DNA of 50,656 nucleotides from Ignavibacteriales bacterium (GTDB lineage Bacteria; Bacteroidota; Ignavibacteria; UBA10030; JAHEZR01): NCBI GenBank assembly GCA_037446075.1, contig JBBIJH010000003.1, positions 1 to 50,656 of the forward strand, read 5' to 3'. Shown piece by piece: positions 45,117 to 50,656 of this stretch (position 1 is its first letter; each line of letters starts with the position of its first letter). The notes under the pieces were generated by a model. It saw only the letters and a program-made list of their open reading frames with translations, ran no database searches and was not told where the DNA came from. The position numbers and the translations under genes were made by a program.

Positions 45117-47285
45117 ATGTCAAAGAACCTCGTTCGTACGATGAGCCTCTTCGCGTTTCTGTTCTTCCTCGTCTCGTGGAAGACAACTGACGAGGGCATG
45201 TGGATTCTGAACAAACTGCCCATCGAGGCGATGAAGGCAAAGGGCTTACGGCTTTCGACGGAGGACATCTTCAGTCCGACAGCACCAAGCCTCAAAGACG
45301 CCATTGTGCTACTGGGCGGAGGGACGGGTTCGTTTGTTTCCTCCGAAGGCCTCATCATGACGAATCACCACGTGGCATATGGTGCAATCCAGGCGCTGAG
45401 CACGGTGGAACATGACTATCTCAAGGATGGCTTCCTGGCAAAGACACGCGAAGAGGAGCTACCCGCTGAAGGCTATACAGCCGCAATCATCAAAGAGATA
45501 GTCGACGTCACAGACGAAGTCCTGGGAGCCGTTCATGACTCGATGACGGTGGAGCAGCGTGCGAAGGCGATCGAGGAGAAGTCGAAAGAGATCGAGAACA
45601 AATGGAAGGAGAAGACAAAGCTCGATTGCCGCGTGACGGAAATGTTTAACCAGTTGCAATTTCATTTGTATACGTCTGAACGACTTCTCGACATCCGTCT
45701 TGTCTACGCTCCGCCGACCTCAATCGGAAACTACGGGGGCGAAGTGGACAACTGGATGTGGCCGAGGCATACGGGTGATTTCTCCATCTTTCGCGCGTAC
45801 GTGGGACCAGACGGAAAGCCCGCTCGTTACGCAAAGGAAAATGTCCCTTACAAACCAGCGAAGTATCTTCCCATCTCTGCGCAAGGAGTAAAGGAAGGGG
45901 ACTTCGTGATGATCATGGGCTATCCGGGTCGGACCTTTCGGTATCGTGATTCATACTCGATCGCCCTTGCTCAAGAAGAAACGTATCCGTTCACGGTTGA
46001 TCTTTACAAGACCCGCATCGCTATCCTGGAGCGCGCAGCGAAAACGAGCCGAGAAGTGGAGATCAAGATGGCGGGAAAAACTCGCGGGATTGCAAATACG
46101 ATGAAGAACTATCAGGGTATGCTAGAAGGAATCAGACGATACAAACTCCTGAAGTGGAAGCAAGACCTAGAGGCCGACTTCACGAAGTGGCTTTCAAGTG
46201 ATCCGAATCTTCAGAAGAAGTACGGAGACGTCCTGCCAAAGATCGCTGAAGCATATGAGGAGATTCGGAGGTTCAATAAGAAGCAGATTATGATGAACAA
46301 TATTCTTGCTGGATGCGATATGGTGAGACTGGGGAGCCGGTTCTTGAGTTTCGCTCAATTAAAATCAAAACAGGAACCCAGCGAATCCGAGATCTCAACG
46401 CTGAAGCATTTTGTCCACGATCTTCATAAGGGCACCTACCTTCTGGCCGATAAGGAGGTACTTACGGCTCTTTTCCTGAAGGGTACGGAACTTCCGGCAG
46501 ATCAGAAAATCGCTCCGATTGAACAAGCTGCAAGAGGGAAAACCGGCGCTGCGAAAGAGAAGGGGATCCGTGAGTTCGTTGAAGATTTGTACTCCGACAC
46601 GAAATTATCAACAGCCGAGGGTTGTGATGGATTGATGGGAAAGAAACCAGAGAAGATCTTGGACGATCCCGTTGTACAACTGGCGATGGAACTGGACAAA
46701 GAGAACAAAGCCATCAACGAGAAAGTTACTAAGTTCAATACAAAGATCCTTGCCCTTCGTGCCCGGCTGATGGACGGCTGGAGCCAGTGGAAAGGAGGAC
46801 TTACCTACCCGGAGGCGAATCGCACGCTGCGCTTGACCTACGGAACCGTGCAAGGATACGCACCGCGAGATGCAGTCCAGTATGATTGGGTAACGAGGTT
46901 CAGTGGAGTGATCGAGAAAGAGACGGGCGAGGATCCATTTATTGTTCCAGCAAAGCTCAAAGAACTCTACGAGAAGCGGGATTTCGGCAAGTATTTTGAT
47001 CCGAAGCTTGGCGATGTCCCGGTCTGCTTCCTCTCAAATACAGATGTAACGGGAGGAAATTCCGGCAGTCCCATCATGAACGGGAAAGGAGAATTCGTCG
47101 GAGCGATCTTCGATGGCAATTGGGAGGCAATCACGGGAGACTATCGGTTCGAGACTCCCCTGACACGGACGATCAGCGTGGAGTCGCGCTACATTCTATT
47201 TATCCTCGACAAGTTTGCTGGAGCGAAAAATATTCTACTGGAGTTGGACATTCGTGGTGAACCGGCAGGCGCTCCTTCACAATAG
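45117..47285 (+). CDS. S46-family serine peptidase (dipeptidyl-peptidase 7/11-like)
   Basis: 722 aa with a signal peptide, then DEGMWI. Catalytic His region MTNHHVAY and Ser region TGGNSGSPIMN. AAAGGAG lies ~10 nt before the ATG. Confidence 0.9.
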   Translation: MSKNLVRTMSLFAFLFFLVSWKTTDEGMWILNKLPIEAMKAKGLRLSTEDIFSPTAPSLKDAIVLLGGGTGSFVSSEGLIMTNHHVAYGAIQALSTVEHDYLKDGFLAKTREEELPAEGYTAAIIKEIVDVTDEVLGAVHDSMTVEQRAKAIEEKSKEIENKWKEKTKLDCRVTEMFNQLQFHLYTSERLLDIRLVYAPPTSIGNYGGEVDNWMWPRHTGDFSIFRAYVGPDGKPARYAKENVPYKPAKYLPISAQGVKEGDFVMIMGYPGRTFRYRDSYSIALAQEETYPFTVDLYKTRIAILERAAKTSREVEIKMAGKTRGIANTMKNYQGMLEGIRRYKLLKWKQDLEADFTKWLSSDPNLQKKYGDVLPKIAEAYEEIRRFNKKQIMMNNILAGCDMVRLGSRFLSFAQLKSKQEPSESEISTLKHFVHDLHKGTYLLADKEVLTALFLKGTELPADQKIAPIEQAARGKTGAAKEKGIREFVEDLYSDTKLSTAEGCDGLMGKKPEKILDDPVVQLAMELDKENKAINEKVTKFNTKILALRARLMDGWSQWKGGLTYPEANRTLRLTYGTVQGYAPRDAVQYDWVTRFSGVIEKETGEDPFIVPAKLKELYEKRDFGKYFDPKLGDVPVCFLSNTDVTGGNSGSPIMNGKGEFVGAIFDGNWEAITGDYRFETPLTRTISVESRYILFILDKFAGAKNILLELDIRGEPAGAPSQ

Positions 47286-47297
47286 CCACCGGATACG

Positions 47298-47750
47298 ATG
47301 AAGCTCACTCCAGTCTCGATCCTGATCCTGCGCCTTGCCGTCGGCATCCTGTTTCTCCACCTCGGGTACACGAAGGTCCAGAACGGGTGGCTTTCGAGCA
47401 GCGAACGACTGCAGAAGTCGCTCGCGAACTATGAGCGGAATGCCCCGCCCGTCTCGCGGTGGTTTATTCATAACGTCGCACAGCCCGGGGTGGAAGTGTG
47501 GTCGCGTTGCATTGCAGGCGGAGAACTGGCGCTGGGTGTTTCACTCGTCCTTGGGCTTCTCGTACATCTGTCTGCGCTCGTGGGAGTGATCGTTGTCTTC
47601 ATTTTCCATCTCACGAACGGGACACTGTTCTCGCTGAACTTCTTTGGCAACCCGTGGGCGATCCTTGTGCTTCCCTTGCTTCTAGTTCTCTCCCTGACAC
47701 GCGCTGGCAAAAGGTGGGGGCTTGATGCTCTCCTAGCGAAAGGGAAATGA
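47298..47750 (+). CDS. DoxX-family membrane protein
   Basis: 150 aa, 4 TM, with LRLAVGILFLHLGYTKV. Confidence 0.8.
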   Translation: MKLTPVSILILRLAVGILFLHLGYTKVQNGWLSSSERLQKSLANYERNAPPVSRWFIHNVAQPGVEVWSRCIAGGELALGVSLVLGLLVHLSALVGVIVVFIFHLTNGTLFSLNFFGNPWAILVLPLLLVLSLTRAGKRWGLDALLAKGK

Positions 47751-47783
47751 TGGAATAGAGACCGCAGGCTGGTGGCCCACTGC

Positions 47784-47818
47784 GGGTCTCCCGTCCGGGA
47801 GACCCGTTTTTGTTTTCT
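47784..47818 (+). terminator. Rho-independent terminator after doxX-like gene
   Basis: GGGTCTCCC-GTCC-GGGAGACCC (9-bp stem) followed by GTTTTTGTTTTC. Confidence 0.8.
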
Positions 47819-47981
47819 GGGAAACGGCGTCAACCATCTCGGTGGAAGGAGAGTCTAAAAGGTAGTGAGTGGTGGCAAGCTCGTGTGACGGAGACCTCAT
47901 TCAACTGTAAGGTTTCTCAATTGTGTGAGGGGTCCAGTTCCGGAACGCCCCTAGGAAATCCTTTTCGAAGAGGAAGGAACC

Positions 47982-49004
47982 ATGAAACCCACACCTAAAG
48001 TTAGCCTTGCCGCGCTTGTCGTTGCGGCATTAACTCTTGGAGTAACTTTCGATGGTCTTGCTCACGCCCGGGTGATGATGAGTCAAACAGATAAACAGAC
48101 GCGCCGACCGTGGCTTGGCGTGTATCTTCGAGACGTGACGCCCGAGTTTGCGAAGAAGGAAAATCTGAAAACAGAGGAAGGCACCTACGTGACGAGGGTC
48201 GTCAGGAGAAGCCCCGCTGACTCCGCCGGCATCAAGAAAGGAGATGTCATCGTCGAGTTCAACGGAAGGCAGATTTATGATTCTGACGATCTCATCAGGA
48301 GTGTCCGCAGAGCCGAAGTGGGAAGCAAAGGGAAGATTGTCGTCATGAGGGGCAGTGAGAAAAAAGAGTTACAGGTTACTCTCAGGAGGTATCCGAGGAG
48401 ACTTCGCTCACGTGCGTTTACATTTCCGTCGATTCCACACCGCATCATGATCTTCAGGGGGACCGGTACTCAGGGTCTTAGCCTGATGGACCTTACTCCT
48501 CAACTCGGAAGATACTTTGAGGCCCCGGACGGAAAAGGGGTACTCGTTGAAAGTGTGGAAGAAGGAAGTGCCGCTGAAACCGCGGGCTTCAAAGCTGGGG
48601 ACGTGATCCTAAGAATCGGTGATACAAAGGTGGAAAACCTTCAAGATGTTCGGGAAGAGCTCTCCGAGTTTGAGGAAGGAGAAAAAGTGAATGTCGAGAT
48701 CCTGCGGAAAGGTTCGCGGATGACGTTGTCACTGGAAATCGAAGAGAGCGAGGGACCGAGTGAGCTGGAATTCTTCTTCGGCGGCGACTGGCCACCCGGG
48801 CCGCCCGACGATATCCACATTGAGTTTGATCAGCCAGGAAAGGATCATTGGTTCGATTTTCGCATCCCCGACCCGAAACCGCAACTGGAGAAACTTTTGA
48901 TTGACTTAGATCAGATACGGAAAAAGCTGGAAAGACAGAATAAAGATTTGCTGAAGCAGATCAGACAGCAGTTGGGGAAAGTAAGGATGGCAGTCGAAGT
49001 ATAA
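47982..49004 (+). CDS. Periplasmic protein with two PDZ domains and a C-terminal coiled coil (no protease domain)
   Basis: 340 aa with a signal peptide. PDZ signatures: PWLGVYLRD...SPADSAGIKKGDVIVEFNG and GVLVESVEEGSAAETAGFKAGDVILRIG. GAGGAAGGAA lies before the ATG. Confidence 0.8.
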   Translation: MKPTPKVSLAALVVAALTLGVTFDGLAHARVMMSQTDKQTRRPWLGVYLRDVTPEFAKKENLKTEEGTYVTRVVRRSPADSAGIKKGDVIVEFNGRQIYDSDDLIRSVRRAEVGSKGKIVVMRGSEKKELQVTLRRYPRRLRSRAFTFPSIPHRIMIFRGTGTQGLSLMDLTPQLGRYFEAPDGKGVLVESVEEGSAAETAGFKAGDVILRIGDTKVENLQDVREELSEFEEGEKVNVEILRKGSRMTLSLEIEESEGPSELEFFFGGDWPPGPPDDIHIEFDQPGKDHWFDFRIPDPKPQLEKLLIDLDQIRKKLERQNKDLLKQIRQQLGKVRMAVEV

Positions 49005-49041
49005 GACGAAGAAGAACGTCAACTGCTTATCTCCTCCGCGT

Positions 49042-49070
49042 GGCCAGGGCACTGTCCTGGCCGTTTTCTT
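49042..49070 (+). terminator. Rho-independent terminator after the PDZ gene
   Basis: GGCCAGG-GCACTGT-CCTGGCC followed by GTTTTCTT. Confidence 0.6.
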
Positions 49071-49260
49071 GTGCCTAGACAGATCGAGTTTACCTCTCAG
49101 GTGGCTCAATTTTCCGCTTGCAGGAGTCAAACCCGTTGGAAGAAGCCCCAGTTGAGATAGCGGCGCGCGGGCAAATAACATGCTGATGACCTAAGTGACG
49201 TTCCTCCCGCCCTTCACGTAGTGGAGATGTTGCCCACCGCGTTGATTCACCAAACGTTTC

Positions 49261-50109
49261 CTATCGTATGTACTGCTGTTTCACCTCGATCGTCAGCACC
49301 TCGTTCATGCTCCCGGTGCGGTAGCCCTGAAGATCCAATGTGACGTATGTGAAGCCGAGTTCTTTCAATCGAGTCACAACGTTCTCGCGCAGCTCGTCAT
49401 CAAGGAGGCGTTTGATTTCTTCGTGCCCCAGTTCAATTCGAGCCGTTTTATCGTCGTGATGACGGACGCGGAAGTACTTGAACCCAAGGTCACGAAGAAG
49501 GGTTTCTGCGGCGTCTATCTTCATAAGATTCTCCTTTGTAATTCGAAATCCATACGGAAACCGTGAGGACAGGCAAGCAAAGGAGGGCTTGTCCCACGTT
49601 GGGAGACCCAGCGTTCTCGAAAGGTCACGAACCTCCCTTTTCGTCAAACGCGCCTCCAGAAGCGGCGAGCGCACTCCGTTCTCGTTCTTTGCACGCATCC
49701 CTGGTCGAAACTCTCCAACGTCATCGACGATGGTTCCATCTGCCACCCAGTGTAATCCTTCCTCCTGGGCAATGGCCGTGAGTTTGCTGAAGAGCTCCAT
49801 CTTGCAAAAGTAACAGCGGTTCGGTGGATTCTCCCTGAACTTCCGGATGTCTGTCTCCTGTGTCTTCACCACTCTGTATCGCGCCCCGAATGACTCCGCC
49901 AGTCGAACGGCCTCCTCAAATTCTCTTGTCGGATAGGTGTCCGACCTGCCGATGACGGCCAGCGCCTTATGTCGAAGAAGTTCAGATGCAACTCGGAGAA
50001 GAAATGTGCTGTCGACCCCTCCCGAATAGCCAATCACGACACTTCCCATTTCCCGAAGGATATGCTGCAAGGACTGATATTTCTCTTCAGGGCTTGGATC
50101 CACGACCAT
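49261..50109 (-). CDS. larE: PP-loop ATP pyrophosphatase, LarE-like (ATP-dependent sacrificial sulfur transferase family)
   Basis: 282 aa counted from ATG 50109; the track ORF uses TTG 50130. PP-loop GYSGGVDST and a conserved Cys region NRCYFCK. Confidence 0.75.
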   Translation of the reverse strand: MVVDPSPEEKYQSLQHILREMGSVVIGYSGGVDSTFLLRVASELLRHKALAVIGRSDTYPTREFEEAVRLAESFGARYRVVKTQETDIRKFRENPPNRCYFCKMELFSKLTAIAQEEGLHWVADGTIVDDVGEFRPGMRAKNENGVRSPLLEARLTKREVRDLSRTLGLPTWDKPSFACLSSRFPYGFRITKENLMKIDAAETLLRDLGFKYFRVRHHDDKTARIELGHEEIKRLLDDELRENVVTRLKELGFTYVTLDLQGYRTGSMNEVLTIEVKQQYIR

Positions 50110-50130
50110 GAAGTCCTCGCGTCTCGTCAA

Positions 50131-50656
50131 TCAGTTGTTGGAAAGATAGGAACGCAGTGTGCGTCGGACTTTAACCACCGGCATTTTACGATTCGTCCAC
50201 AGCTCGAAGGACCTCGCCCCCTGGCACAGGAGGATCTCCAACCCGCCGATCGTCTTCACTCCTTTACTCTTCGCCATCTTCATCAGCCGCGTCTCCATGG
50301 GGTTGTAGACGAGGTCGACAAGGGTTTGGCCCTTCTTAAAGTAAGCTTCTGACTGCAGTGGGCTGTCGCTGATATTGGGCGACATTCCCAGCGGTGTTGT
50401 ATTGACGATGAGTTTGGATCGGGAAACTGCCTTCAGAGAAGCCGGGGTGTATAAATCCACAACCTCAATCTGACGAAAGCCAAAAGACTTTACAAAAAAA
50501 TCTCTTAACGTCGTCGCTCGTTCGATACTCCGGTTCAAGAGATGAACCACGCCCGGCCGGAAATGACTGATCAGGCCGTAGAGGACGGCACGCGCTGCAC
50601 CACCAGCGCCGAAGATGCTCACTTCGTCGCCCGAAATCTTCACACGATGCGACTTC
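50131..50656 (-). CDS. aroE: Shikimate 5-dehydrogenase, C-terminal part (5' end beyond the window)
   Basis: NADP-binding GAGGAARAV, NTTPLGM, DLVYNP. The frame is open to the window edge. Confidence 0.85.
   Translation of the reverse strand, partial: KSHRVKISGDEVSIFGAGGAARAVLYGLISHFRPGVVHLLNRSIERATTLRDFFVKSFGFRQIEVVDLYTPASLKAVSRSKLIVNTTPLGMSPNISDSPLQSEAYFKKGQTLVDLVYNPMETRLMKMAKSKGVKTIGGLEILLCQGARSFELWTNRKMPVVKVRRTLRSYLSNN

Overview
This is a bacterial chromosomal segment of about 50.7 kb, roughly 50-55% GC by eye. It holds about 47 protein-coding genes; I saw no rRNA, tRNA, CRISPR array, transposase or integrase. Two proteins end in T9SS-type C-terminal sorting domains and there is a PorV/PorQ-like barrel, so the host is probably an FCB-group bacterium (Ignavibacteria/Chlorobi/Rhodothermaeota-like). 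It nevertheless shows TTGACA-17-TAnnnT promoters and Shine-Dalgarno sites. Most of the window is housekeeping: aroB-aroK, ppiD, secDF, purA, mdh, rplU-rpmA, aconitase, dat, an S46 peptidase, larE and aroE. Four patches stand out. (1) 16.8-22.7 kb is a minus-strand block. It runs T9SS cargo, small secreted protein, Vps62/DUF946-like protein plus small two-TM protein, a 5'-truncated orphan copy of that same pair, then a PorV/PorQ-like barrel. This resembles an effector/immunity locus with an orphan module. (2) 27.2-32.7 kb is a tightly coupled six-gene operon. It encodes MtaA-like (URO-D family) and MtaB-like methyltransferases, a TauE/SafE exporter, an ABC-2 exporter and a GNAT, with no corrinoid protein. 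(3) 39.7-41.8 kb carries three direct, progressively decayed copies of the 5' end of an NDH-2/cNMP-domain gene. They bracket a frameshifted RelE-type toxin-antitoxin cassette and a solitary Mrr cassette. (4) 24.6-27.2 kb is an ArsR/SmtB-P1B ATPase metal module with a readable promoter and operator. All family assignments are from motif recognition by eye; no searches were run.
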